Positions 25,860 through 38,299 of a stretch of DNA of 64,000 nt are shown here, piece after piece. Each line of letters starts with the position of its first letter. Position 1 is the stretch's first letter. A model generated the notes under the pieces. That model was not told the origin of the DNA. It did no database searches and saw only the letters and a list, made by a program, of their open reading frames with translations. The stretch spans positions 55,180,001 to 55,244,000 of the forward strand of contig CM068744.1 of the NCBI GenBank assembly GCA_035084275.1, written 5' to 3'. A program made the translations under genes and the position numbers. Source of the DNA: Hydrolagus colliei (Eukaryota).

Positions 25860-26600
25860 TGGTAGGTTATGCTGATTAAATTACATCAGTACACACTGTA
25901 CGCACTGTGAGAAAACCAAGTCTTGGTTCTTGCCAACCTGCACCGAAATCTTGGGCATGATTCCTTACTCCACATACCTAATAATAATCCACCTGCAGAA
26001 CACCTGTAGCTCAGTGGTTAGAGCATTCAGGCGTGAGACCTTTGTTTAATTCCAGGCAGATCAGAGGAAAACCTTGGGCAAGTTTCCTTACTCCACATGC
26101 CTAATAATAATCCATCCAAAAAAAACACAATGACAAAAATTGGTAATTTCAATCCACGACTGTTTGTGGAACCCTGTTGTGCACAATTGGCTGCCGTGTT
26201 TCATCCACAAATATGTGGTCAATTCATTTTACAGTATATTCTGTGAAGTGCTTTGGGACGTCGATAAGATGTGAAAAGCGCTATATCAAATGCAAGGATT
26301 ATTATTATTGTTGTTATTATTATTATTATTATTATTAGAATACTCTCCAGAATTAGGAAATCAGAATGTGTCCCTTCAGGGAAAGAGGTAATATTCCATT
26401 CCAGACATAAAGACATTTCCATGTACAAGTAGCATACGTATGTAAGTAGCATATCTTTGTGAAACTCACATATGATTTAAGCATGGTGATAGGTTGATGC
26501 ATATGTCAGATCAAGAACAATTTGATACCTTTGCTGATTCATCTGCACTACATTTCTAGCAAATTCAGATTCACTGTATATTTCCATTGTTCATAGTTTT
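25860..26600 (+). mobile_element. Decayed DIRS-like relic interrupted by SINE A
   Basis: tcttgccaacctgcaccgaa before the SINE; gaattaggaaatcagaatgtgtccc..gacatttccatgtac after it; both match the 13.5, 24.0/24.9 and 34.6 kb relics. Confidence 0.5.
25945..26337 (+). mobile_element. SINE family A, near full length, preceded by an extra partial internal segment
   Basis: A-box gtagctcagtggttagagc at about 26006; segment cttgggca..ccttactccaca..cctaataataatcc occurs twice; (att)n tail. Confidence 0.9.
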
Positions 26601-27354
26601 TCTTTTCATATACAGTATATTGTTTGTCAATGTTTAAAGATTTTAGGATTTAAGCAACATCCTTGTCAACATGTAAGGTTGCAAGCAGGTAGCCAATGGG
26701 GGCAATCCTGTGTAAAAATCAAACCATATCAGAAAATAAATGATAATTTTATTCTCCTTTCGTTATTTCTGTTGAAAACAACTTTATTCAAATAGTGACC
26801 TTTGGTATAATCAAATCAATGCCTTTGGAGCTACTGAGTCAAAGAGTGTGAGGGGGTTGAAATTATACTTGTAGTTTGAGTCATTAATGTCAGGGTGCTG
26901 TAGCAATCATGTTGTTTCAGCCATGGATGCTAATTCAGTGTTGTTACCCAATCAGGAGGTAAATCCATCTGTAAAGCTATCCTGCCCATACGATCTGCTA
27001 CTTGCTTCACAGGCTGCTGAAGTTGATCGTTTATGCAGAGTGAGTGACTGACTGATTGGCACATTAAAAAAAATATTGGGGATGCTTTAAAGTTGTTATT
27101 GAGTGTCAAATTTGTCTAATTTCCATTGTGTTCCCGCATCTAAATTCCTGAGGTATTCTGTTTTTTGGCAATCTTTAGAAGCTTATCTGTCTGGTAGAAG
27201 GATCCGTAACCGAAAGCATTGGTTAGAATTGGTTACCTTAGAATTGATTATAAACTGGTTGGAAATAAGATAACATTGTATTTCTTCACACAGGGGGTTG
27301 TGACAAGATGCAATATACCACAGTATTTGAAAGGTCATATATGCAGAATTGATT

Positions 27355-27625
27355 GGAATTTGCATAGATTGTATGGCACAAAGAAGCAATTTGGCCCAAG
27401 CCATCTGCACGAGAGTTTCTACTTCATACGCACTTCCACATACCCCTTACCCTTCTATTCACTTTCTGCTCACGTGTATATCTAAATATCTAGCTTCCCC
27501 TTACATCCATTTATACTTTCTGTGGCAACCACTGGTTTAGGCAGTGAGTTCCACATTCTCACTACCCTCTGTGTGAAGCAGTGTGCCCTAAAATCTCTTT
27601 CAAGACCCCTACCTGCTATTTTATA
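27355..27625 (-). mobile_element. CR1 LINE 3' fragment
   Basis: FTQRVVRMWNSLPKPVV..ESINGCKGKLDI. Confidence 0.85.
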
Positions 27626-28487
27626 CAGGTTTACTATGGTGATAAATATATATTTGAAAAACAAGTGGTATGGAGTGATAGTGGGGCAGTAGAATACTGT
27701 ATATAGATCTGCCATGACATAGTAATGTAAAATAGTACCTTTTTAGTAGTAAAATAGCAGAACAAGTTTATCAGTTTGAATGGTCTTTGTTTGTTTGTTC
27801 CTTTGGAAAGTAGGCTGGAGTTGAATTGAGTCTAAGGGGACACTCAAATTAAAATGGTTACATGAGAGAAACCTGTCTGCTTATACTCTATATCATTTGT
27901 TGTACAAAACATATGCATTTAACTTCTGTTTAACATGGTGCCAGGAAAAACAGTTTGCCCTACATCTTAACTCCGCATGTAACCAAAGAAGAGCTCTTTC
28001 CCGGTAATGAAAGTGCTAGTTTTAAATAAAATGCTGCGCTTTTGATAAGCAATACAGTTCACATCTTAATTCTATTTGGAACCAAAGTGAAAGAATAATG
28101 TGAGAGGCATTGTCATCGGAGTGATATTCAGACACTGCTTATAAATCGTTAGAATACAACATCTCCTTAAAAACCTAAAGGAATATCTCTGAGAGATGGA
28201 AGCCTATAGAAAAATAAAAGCAAGACAGGCACACCTAAATACAGTATTATTGAATTGTCTGTATGATAGAATTCTATTAAATCTCCAGGGAAATGTATCA
28301 AATCAGGTCAAGATGGCAATATCAGATAATTTAATGTGACAACATCCACAGTTTATTGGATTTGAGTGTTGCAAACTGCAGCAGTGTGTGCTTTGTCAAT
28401 TTGGTTTATTCTTTACAGAGGTTCCCATTTCCACAATAGCATTCCTGACTGAAAAGCATCCCAAAAGTCTTTTAATTAAGTTTATAT

Positions 28488-28847
28488 GGAGCTCCTGTGG
28501 CTCAGTGGTTAGAGCACTTGTCTTGCAAGCTGGGGAAACCAAGCTGGGGAGACCTGTGTTCGAATCCAGGCAGGTCAGGGCGAAACCTTGGGCACGTTTC
28601 CTTACTCCACACGCCTAATAATAATCCCTACAAAAAAAAAACACAATAATATAATTGGTCATTTCAATCCACGACTGTGTGTGGGACACTGCTGTGCGCA
28701 ATTGGCTGCCGCGATTCGCCCACAAATATATACAGTCAATTCACTTTACAGTATATTCTGTGAAGTGCTTTGGGACATTGATAAGATGTGGAAAGCTCCA
28801 TATCAAATGCAAGGATTATTATTATTATTATTATTAATAATAATAAT
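28488..28847 (+). mobile_element. SINE family A, full length (tRNA head, Deu-like body, L2-like tail)
   Basis: Pol III A box tggctcagtggtt, B box gttcgaatcc; tail gctttgggac..atatcaaatgcaagg(att)n. Confidence 0.92.
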
Positions 28848-29161
28848 CTATTTCTATGCTGTAGAATAGATAATGTGATCAAAGTGCGGCTTGTACAATT
28901 CTCGTGAACCATCAATCAATATTGTTCTTCAGTCCAAACCAGTGAGATTTTAAAACTAAAGTATCATTGGAAGTCATGAACAAAAATAGGATTCTGAATT
29001 ACTCTGGAATCATAATTGTTTATCACAACATTTTTATCATGCCTTTTGCCTTCCTACTCCCTTGCTCTTACCCACAGATTGGGTACCAAACCAGCAAAGA
29101 GAAGCACCTTAACACAGCTAACCAAAATGAAAGGCCCCAAATAAATGTAAATTGTATTTCA

Positions 29162-29377
29162 CAAAATGCAAAATACTGCAGCTGCTGGAAATGTGAAACA
29201 AAAACAGAGGTCGCTGGGAAAACTCAGCAGGTGAGGCAGTAGCTATGCAGAAAAGAAATTGTGTCAACTATTCTGTTCCAAGATCCTTGGACAGAACTTC
29301 ATCAGAGTTTTGACGAAGGGTCTAGGGCCTAAAATGTTGACTAACTTTCCTTTCTCCATAGATGCTGCCTGACTTGC
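29162..29377. mobile_element. Penelope-like terminal repeats in inverted arrangement
   Basis: aaaatactgcagctgctggaaatgtgaaacaaaaacagag..actcagcaggtgaggcag mirrored by tctccatagatgctgcctgacttgc; central ttcatcaga / tgacgaagggtc. Confidence 0.7.
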
Positions 29378-29499
29378 AAATTGTATTTTAGTGTGTATCT
29401 CGCTACATTTTGCCTTTGAACAAGGTAAAACTACACAGTGGACGATTTGAATGCATTTAAGTTATTTCATATTCTCTGGGTACTTGTTGTAATGACACA

Positions 29500-29728
29500 T
29501 TTGGATGAATCAAAAAAGGCATTTGGTGTACTGAGCTTTATTAGTAGGGGCATAGAGTATAAGAGTAGGGAGATTATGGTTAATCTATACAAAACACTGG
29601 TTAAGCCTCAACTGGAGTACTGCATCCAGTTCTGGGCACCATATTTCAGGAAGGACATTAAGGCACTGGAAAGGGTGCAGAGGAGATTCACGAGAATGAT
29701 ACCAGGAATGGGGAACCTTAGCTACAGG
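29500..29728 (+). mobile_element. CR1 RT fragment
   Basis: KKAFGVLSFISRGIEYKSREIMVNLYKTLVKPQLEYCIQFWAPY. Confidence 0.92.
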
Positions 29729-29944
29729 GCTCCACGTATCTGAGATTCACTCATTTTCAATTAAACAACCAAATGAACAAACTGGGAAGTAATTTGGGAA
29801 AATTTAAGATTTCATAATTTTCTGTTGGTGACAGTCAGCAAGTTTCAAGAGATCTAATGTTGCTGTCACTGACAACAAATTGACTTTAAAGCCAAACTCT
29901 CAAATTCTTTCCTCTTGCAAAGCTTTGCAATATTAATTTGTTTA

Positions 29945-30310
29945 ATCGCTTTCAAATCTCTTCACGCTCTCGCACTTCTCTTCCTATCCAATTGGCTTAC
30001 CCCGTCCCCACTACACACCTGTTGCCTCCGCTCAGCTGGCTCCAGCCTCCTGTTTGTCCCCTGGCTCCACCGCTCCACTGTTGGTGGTTGTGCTTTCAGC
30101 CACTACGCCCTGATACTCTGGAATTCTCTCCCGCAATCTCTCCACCTTGCCCCCTCCCTTCCTCCCCACTTCCAAATCCTGGCAAAATATCTTCCTTTTG
30201 GATCATGCTTACAGTCAACTCCCCTCCTCTCCTCTCCCTCTGGCTTGGGTTCAGCCTCCAACACTGTCAAGGGCTCCGGTACACTACCCCACATAAAGTA
30301 TGGTATGATC
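29945..30310 (+). mobile_element. L2 3' fragment
   Basis: FKSLHALA..RSTVGGCAFSHYALILWNSLPQSL. Confidence 0.88.
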
Positions 30311-31846
30311 AAAAACTGAAACTGATTGTCACAAAAGGTGGTAGAAGCCAGGAAATGCTTAATGCAATAGGGTGGATGTTCTGGATGGATAATATCGGAT
30401 GGTCCAAAGGGCCTTATTCAATTGGACCAATCTGTGATCTTGTGGTGAAACAACTGAGTCTGTTAGCAAGCTGCTGGGGAAAGCAGCATAGTGAGAGGAC
30501 TCAGAGATCGATTTCTATACGTTGCGAGAATGATGGATGAAAAAGCTGGAGAGATTGATATTCGCCAGAGCTGGAAATTCACTCAATACAAGGTTGAGTA
30601 GCGCAGATGAGAAATATTGCCAGCTAAAACTGAACCTGACATCTTCACTAATCTGAGAGAGTGGAGGTTGTCGTACACGAGAGACTGAAAGTTTCCACCC
30701 AGTTGTTGCTTATCAATTGGTTTGACAGTAATTTTCATCAATACTATAATTTTAACGATGATTGGAAATATCTTAAATGAGGCTGTGGAGGTGGATTTCA
30801 AGCTTCTTGCCAGAGTGAAGTCTAAATCCCATTTAAAAGGTAAAATATTTATCTTAAAATCAGTCTCAGTGAGTGAAATTCTAAATAGGCTGGAGGACGA
30901 CAAATTAGAGAAAATTTTGAAAGGGCTGCTTAATTTAAAACCTGCTTGTCCTTAAGGACAGAATTTTCTGGTGATAATTATCAGAGACCATAAGTAACAA
31001 TTGGCTATGGCACCTTTCACATCATGGTGATATCTCAAATCACTTCACAGGATAGCTTGTAAAGCATAGTAACTGTGTGCTTTACAGGTGACTGTGTCAC
31101 ACCCTTTCCTGCACACTAAAAGTAAACTAACGAATAAATGTAAAAATAAAAAACCTTACAATGTTTTGTTAAAAAGTGCTGAAACTTTGCTTATTTTTAA
31201 ATTTTATACTTTGCTATTTGAATCTCAGTAATTGTTCAGTAAATCAATAAATTTCTTGACTAATATTTTTTCCTATTGAAAATCCAGAAATGTGTGTTAC
31301 ATTCCCAAAGAACATTTGCAAGTTTAATCTCATAACCCTCCAGTGAAAACTTATTTTTATCTTCCTGATTCTGCAATGTTTCACGCCGTTTAGCAAGTGC
31401 CTTCATTCAGAGTATATCTTTGGATTTAATTGCTGTATTTCCAAAGATATTCAGATGTCAGCACTGCATTTTATTTAAAATGTTAATTAAATATTTACAA
31501 ACGCTAGAGTACTTTGGGGTCAGAACTCAGTGATCTCCTCCACCTCCTCCACTTACCAGTTTACTGCTAGGATTTCTTGTCATGCACCTCTCAGAGGAAA
31601 TTGCCAAAGTAAGTGCAAACATGAGAGTGTTTATGCTATAAACATGTAGGATAATAAATTCACAAGAATGGTTCATATTAAGAAAGCTCTTCAGTCCATC
31701 TAATCTCACCCTTCCAGAATACCCACCCGAATGATCTCCCATCACAGAACCAAGCTGTTTCGTAAATAACTCCCATGTCTTGGTCTAACCATCCTTTGTG
31801 GCAAACTCTTCCAAATTTTACTTGCACTGCAGGAAATACTTTGCTA

Positions 31847-32000
31847 CAGAAGTAGGGAGGGGCGAGGCCATGGAGGGTCTTGCCCCTCCCTACCTCTGCA
31901 ATCTGCTGACCCCCACATCAACCTGTCCGTTCCCACCACTCCACGGGGAATGCCCTGTGTTTGTGAAAGGTGCTATACAAATGTAATTTTATTGTGGTTA
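31847..32000 (+). mobile_element. Deleted L2 fragment with fold-back 5' end
   Basis: GLAPPYLCNLL preceded by its own reverse complement; gtgaaaggtgctatacaaatgtaatttt tail. Confidence 0.75.
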
Positions 32001-32259
32001 TTGTAAAATTGACCTTGGTAATTCCAAACATGTTTTGTCTTGTAACATCTTGGTACATCTAACAATATTGTTTCCGCTCTGTGCTGATCTAGCCTCCTCT
32101 ATGCCCATGGGCTGACCATGTCCCACTGACCGCTCAGTACAGGTACAGGCATGTGTGTTTTTCCTGATGCCCCCAACCAGAACCAACCCACACCTCCCCC
32201 AAACACACCAAATTCTATTCCCCACCCCTCAGTACACGACTTCTGTTTTCCTCCCCTAA

Positions 32260-32520
32260 CAGCCCCACCAGCCTCTCTGCTCCCACACTATGGAACTCCA
32301 TCCCGCAATCCCTTCACTTCACCTCCTCCCTTTCCTCCTTCAAGGCCGGTCTCAAGACCTTCATCTTCAACCATGCCTTCTGCTCCCCTCCTAACTCTTC
32401 CCCCTCTCCTACTCTCCTTCTCCTTCCCCCTACTCTGACCACCCCCCTGCTTGGGTCCCAACCTGATTGTTCAGCGCCTTGGGACGTCCTCTAAAAATAT
32501 AATCTTGTTGTTCCTGTTGT
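32260..32520 (+). mobile_element. L2 3' fragment
   Basis: ctatggaactccatcccgcaatcc..ttcaaggccggtctcaagacc..gcgccttgggacgtcc. Confidence 0.88.
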
Positions 32521-33789
32521 GAACGAGGCAGCTATTTTGCAGGCAACAATATTTCACAAATGGCCACAAAGTGAATGACCAATATTATCCAGAGGATGGT
32601 AATTAATCTTTACTCGATTGATATATGTTGGTAACCATGACTATCAATTGCTTAACCCATAGGTTTTACTGTGGCAATATTTAATTTAACAAGTGAATAC
32701 TTAGATATAAGTAAATGAGTCAATGTATGTATCTCTTGTCTGGACACTGAATCAGCCTATTATTTCTATGAAGGCAGATAACTGGCATATTAATAATAAA
32801 AACCTGGGACAAAAGACGATAGAATGATCACCAACGGGATCAGCGTTACTGTGCTATAGATATATGTGTTAACTAAATAATCAACAATTCTGTTACATTT
32901 TCACATCAAGGTCATATGTTCAAATATATCTTACAAAGAATCAAATTTCAATCTATCTAAATTATGCAGAAAAAAATGATGCAAATTTACTTCACCCCAG
33001 AATCATTTGTTTGTTAGAATAATCTGTTAAAATTACATGTTTGTTAGCATAAGGAATCTATCCAGTAAAACTACAGTGATTACTTGAGTGATAATTAATG
33101 CAAATGTATTTGCTTATTTTGCATTTAAGGTGTAATTTTGTCACAGTACAAAAACATTAAAATGGATATTGCCATAGTGAAACCTTTTAATCCATTATTG
33201 TCATTTCATTATAGATCCATTTAATGACTGTTGGTTTTCTGTTGGTACCTGAATAGTTTGTTGATAATACTGTGTGAATAGTGCTGAGTGTATGGTTACA
33301 GTGTAAACAAGGCCATATCTATTGTGCTGTAGTACTGGGCTACCCTAGCCCCAGTCTCAGCACCAAGAGAGATTTGGAAGTGGTGGGGGGTTGGGGGGAT
33401 CATCAGTCATGTCCTTCAGATGGCACAGATTTCACTCTTAAGCATTTGTGCCTTGAGTTCCTGCCCGTTACAGTATAATGTATAGAGTGCTGTATCTAGA
33501 GTACTGTGTACTTTCAGGGCCTTGGGACGTCCTCCCTACATGAAAGGTACTATACAAATGTAATTCTGTTGTTGTTGTGTGACGAGAAGTGTATCCATGG
33601 TTCTGCCTACATGATGCCATAATTGTGTTGCTAAATGAATGATGTTGCCTGCGTAGTGCTGTGCCCTCCTGAAAGCTGTTGCGCTGTAGCACAAGAAATA
33701 GTCTATCACTGAAATCAGAGGACTGAAATTCTAGTCAATGCTGCATGCACCCACACTGATAATATCAAACTCGAATGGGTTTCCTCATT

Positions 33790-34106
33790 CTAATCACACT
33801 CTGCCTTGCCTGGGGGAACGTTGCTTTGTCAGAGGATAAGATGTAAACATAGGTTCTGTCTGCCTGTTCAGGTGGATTTTAAAGATTCCTAGTCACTACT
33901 CAAAAAGAGAAGGAAGTTTCTCCTGGAATTCTGACCAAATCCTCCAAATAAAATTGGTCATTCATTTCATGACTTTTTATGTTACAATGATGGGTGCAAA
34001 TTGGCTCCGTTCACTCAATACTCACAGTATATTCTATTTAAATGCTTTTGGACGTCCTCGCAACGTGAAGACACTATACCAAATGCATGGATTATTATCT
34101 ATTATT
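33790..34106 (+). mobile_element. Deu SINE family B
   Basis: ctgtctgcctgttcaggtggattttaaagattcc..ataccaaatgcatggattatt. Confidence 0.75.
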
Positions 34107-34239
34107 ATGGCCAACATTGCTACACAGAACGCCCACAGGTCCAGCAAAGCATTTAGAATGATTATTGGGCCATTAAAAAAATCATTTTTATCTGCATAAG
34201 TGCATTTGAATTTGATGTTTGTGTTGAAAGACTATTCTT

Positions 34240-34690
34240 AAGTGTTAGTTCAAAAATTTAACCCTGTGTCTGCTGTAGCTACATTGAACTACTGCTCCAG
34301 TGGCTGTGAATAATGCCTGCCTGTGTTCCGACCTGCTCAAATGAAACATATTGTTAGGTAGTGAACCTGGGCAGAGCCTAGATCCTGGAGACAGGGGAGA
34401 CAATTCAGTCACAAACTTATCATTAGGGACATTGTGATTTTTCCTCTTGGAAGAATAAGGTAAGCAGAGTCTCATTGGAGCTGAATTATGGTGAGTGCTT
34501 GGCAATGGAATGTCTGAAATGAGTGAACTGTCTATAGAGATCTCGGTATTGTAGACAGAAAGGTAGCATCGTCTGGGTGAGAGTGTCTATTCCATTCCAT
34601 ATACAGGGGAAGTTCCATGTGTATGCAGGACACATATGTGAAATTCTCAGTCTGGTTTGGATAAGCAGATGATGGGTTTCCACTTGTATC
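34240..34690 (+). mobile_element. Decayed DIRS-like RT relic
   Basis: EVPCVCRTHM*NSQ (VP.ARLHMR.LQ); DNA motif ttccatgtgtatgcaggacacatatgtgaaattctc shared with the 13.5, 24.9 and 26.4 kb relics. Confidence 0.45.
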
Positions 34691-35083
34691 AGTATTTATT
34701 GTATCAAATAAATATTAAGGACATTAATGGCAGCTTTTAAGGAAGCCTTTCAACTGCATTTTTCTGTTCTCTACCACCCAAGAATCTGTCTGTTTCTCTT
34801 TTAATTTTCTCTATTAATTCCACCTCTGCAATTCTGATTCCAAGACAGAGCATTCCATTTCATCACAACCCTCAGTTCTAAATATGTTAGTCCTTATCCA
34901 TCTTTACCAAAAAAACCTGGAGATTTACCAGTATGGCTTAATTCAATGCTTAGTGTATCTCACATTGTGGGGTCAAACTGATACAAACCAAGAGTTAAGC
35001 ATCCAGAGTGCATCCAGAGACTCGATTGGTGATAGCTGATATGTTGCTTGTTATTATTGTTATTGAAGGAGCTATACTACTAC

Positions 35084-35350
35084 TAATAATAATAATCCTT
35101 GCATTTGTTATAGTACTTTTCATGTCTTCTAGACATCTCAAAGCACTTCACAGAATATATTGTAAACTGAATTGACTATATTTGTGGGCAAAACAAGGCA
35201 GCCAATTGCGCGCAGCAGTGTTCCCACAAACAGTCGTGGATTGAAATGTCCAAATTATTATTGTTTTATTTGAGGGATTATTATTAGACATGTGGAATAA
35301 GGAATCTTGCCCAAGGATTTGCCCTGCCTGGATTCAAACACAGGTCTCAC
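35084..35350 (-). mobile_element. SINE family A
   Basis: Reverse complement of the 28488 copy, from tail to B box (ggattcaaacacaggtctc). Confidence 0.9.
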
Positions 35351-35494
35351 ACGTAATTATGCTTATTTACTTGCAAGTGTGCAAGAGAACAAAAACATAA
35401 GAAATCCTAGATGAAAGATGACCAAGGACCATCGAGTTTACCTTCCACCTTCCTGGCAGGTTGCATGCACATATGTCCTAAACTATCTATGTAC

Positions 35495-36375
35495 TAGGGT
35501 CCGTCGATATGGAAATTTTCCGATTTAGATATATCGATGGGCTCATATCGAGATTTACCGATATATCGATATTTTCAGGGTTTTCGTACTGCGCATGCGC
35601 GTGAGGCGTGCGCGCATTCGGGGTGTGCGCGCATTTGGAAGTGCGCGCGCATTCGGGGCCTATCTCCTCAGGAGGTACATATCTCTCTCTCTCTCTCTGT
35701 GTCTCTCACACTCACTCTCTCCATCTTTTAGTTTTTCTGTCTGTGGCTCTGTATCTCTCTCCTCTCTCACATCNNNNNNNNNNNNNNNNNNNNNNNNNNN
35801 NNNNNNNNNNNNNNNNNNNNNNNNNNNNNNNNNNNNNNNNNNNNNNNNNNNNNNNNNNNNNNNNNNNNNNNNNNNNNNNNNNNNNNNNNNNNNNNNNNNN
35901 NNNNNNNNNNNNNNNNNNNNNNNNNNNNNNNNNNNNNNNNNNNNNNNNNNNNNNNNNNNNNNNNNNNNNNNNNNNNNNNNNNNNNNNNNNNNNNNNNNNN
36001 NNNNNNNNNNNNGCCCACCCGTCCGTCCGTCCGTCCGTCCGTCCGCTGCCATCCCGCTCTCCCCCCACCCCCATTCACGCCACCGTCCCTCTCTCCCCCC
36101 CGCCGCCGTCCCTCTCTCCCCCACCACCACCACCCCTTGTATACCTGCATATTGTATTCGAGGACTATGAATACAATATGGTAGCTTGCACCTCGATCTG
36201 TGCATTGTGTGTAGAGATGAGCATTCTGGGTCTTGTAGTTCATTGCATGCACAGTTCAATTGTTCAATATATCGACTTTTGTGATATATCGATATTTTTG
36301 AAATGCCTATATCGGCATATTGATATGAAAATTATATCAAATATAACCGATATATCGATACATCGCCAGACCCTA
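35495..36375. mobile_element. hAT (TAGGG-ended) MITE, copy 2, probably inserted in an old CR1 3' end
   Basis: TIRs tagggtccgtcgatat / acatcgccagacccta; TSD ctatgtac / ctatatac; near-identical arms to copy 1. Confidence 0.9.
35774..36012. other. Assembly gap (239 N)
   Basis: Run of N within the C-rich core of the MITE. Confidence 1.
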
Positions 36376-37984
36376 CTATATACTATATCCCATGACATTA
36401 TTTCCTAAAAAACAAACAAATCTGTATTTGAAAGAATCAATACTTCTTGCTTCAACAGTCTTGTTTACTGATGTTAGGTTTGGTCTGAGACTGTTGCCCA
36501 GTGAGAATGTACTGAGGTGTGTGATGTCCAGAATTTCATTATTTCTTCTTTTTCCTACCACAAACTATAGCTGCTACCATCTGATGCACTGCACCATCAG
36601 GTCCAACATCCCTCTTTCCATTTTGCCTTTTACCCGCATGTGTCAGAACAACTTTGATCTTTCCCACGGGAGTTTCACTGCACTGCTTATGGAACTTGAA
36701 CCCAAAGCACCTCTTAGCAAATAGAAACACTAAATGGTATTTATTCCAAAATAATTTTTAAAATGGCTGGCAGACAACAGCTTTCACTGAATCTTAGGTC
36801 TTTGGCAACAATATAAATTGTGCCTTGCAGGTGAGTATTATGATGTTAGCCGAATATCCCAGTTAAATTGTTACTTAGCATTTCCCTGCTAGCCATTGAT
36901 GGTCCTTTATTCACTTTGGAAAATTGAAAAAAGCTCATGGACTTTGACACAAAGATAATCAGTGACCTGGGGAATGAAGCCAATATTTTGCTTCATTTTA
37001 GAGGGAATTCAAAGTTCACAGTCAACAAACCTCACTATAAATTTCAGAAAATGAAAGTTGCAAAATGGAAATATCTCCTTAACACAAGGATTCCAGTTTG
37101 CCAATATTGTACAACCCTCAGAGGGTTGCAGTGAGTGAGTGATTTGTGTCAGTAAAGTTTGGAAGTCATGTATCCTTCCTGTCAGTTTGATGCAGATTGA
37201 TCAATAATAGACCAAGGGTCAGATGTAATTTTTGAACTCCTATAGAAATCCAATTTGCATTTATATAGTGCCTTTCACATTGGGAGGACGGCTAAAAGAG
37301 CTGCAAGAGCATGGTCCTAGAAGTGGGGATGGGGGAGACTTCTTAATGGGTAATCACAGAGATAACTCTTGAACCTAGCTTTGAAAATGGGGAGGAAGGA
37401 AATGAATCTGCGGGTCAATTCTTAAATAAGGTTGTAACTCTGAGAGATCCATAGCTGTAACATAGTGTTATTTTATAGTCTCTTTGTACTATCTTTAACT
37501 AGCTGGAAAGTTTGGTCTGGACAAGGAGTAGCATGAAAAAATCGACAAACGTCTTGTTGTTCAAGCCGATAGTTTTTTTTAGCTGCTTAAAGGATTAAAG
37601 TGAGTCCTCCATTACCAATATCCCCTTGCTTGTCCAGATAGAAAACAGCAAGGTTGACAGTTAATCTTTTCTGATGGATTAAGCTGTAACAAAGCATAAG
37701 AGGATTTAAAAAGGAACACTTGTGCTGTGTTTTTGCTTCCACCCCCCACCCCACCCCCCCACCCCCCAGCCCACCCCAGGAGTATAGTAATGTGGAGTGA
37801 TAAATCCAAGTTATATTTACTCTGTATCTAGCTGCTTAGGAGAACACATTTTTTAATGCTGTTCAAGAGCTGCTAACAGTTACAATTTGCTGTGTCCAAT
37901 TCTTTAAAATGTTCCCTCAACTGGCATATGCCTCTCTGCTTGTGATCTGGCCTTCCCTTGTACAGGGTACAGGTATACAAGCAC

Positions 37985-38260
37985 TGTTTGACCTCCGGCA
38001 CTGCTCCTAAGTGACCATATTTGAATCTTTGTGATTAATGTTGGCAGGCCACTCGATTACAGAGGGCATCAGAGATTAGTATGACTTGGCAGCCACCCAA
38101 GAACACTGTCTATAGAGAGTGCTAGTATGGGATGAGGAGCAGGCACACTGCCCTGTCCATCAATAACCCTGAACATTTCAGGGCCAATTTCACCTATTCA
38201 TTCAACCCCAGTGAGATTTGCAAACTCAGTGCAGACCTGGATTTATACCAGTGAGCTCCC
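37985..38260 (-). mobile_element. Ancient SINE family C fragment
   Basis: cctccggcactgctcctaagtgaccat..gttggcaggc..gagggcatca..aactcagtgcagacc. Confidence 0.5.
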
Positions 38261-38299
38261 CTTCTGAAAACTGCAACCCTATCCATTGCACCATCTGGA

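Noticed and set aside
28488-28570. tRNA gene
   Set aside because: A and B boxes are present but continue into a multi-copy SINE body; no full cloverleaf
35595-36408. ORFs of 120-266 aa
   Set aside because: Artefacts of the N run
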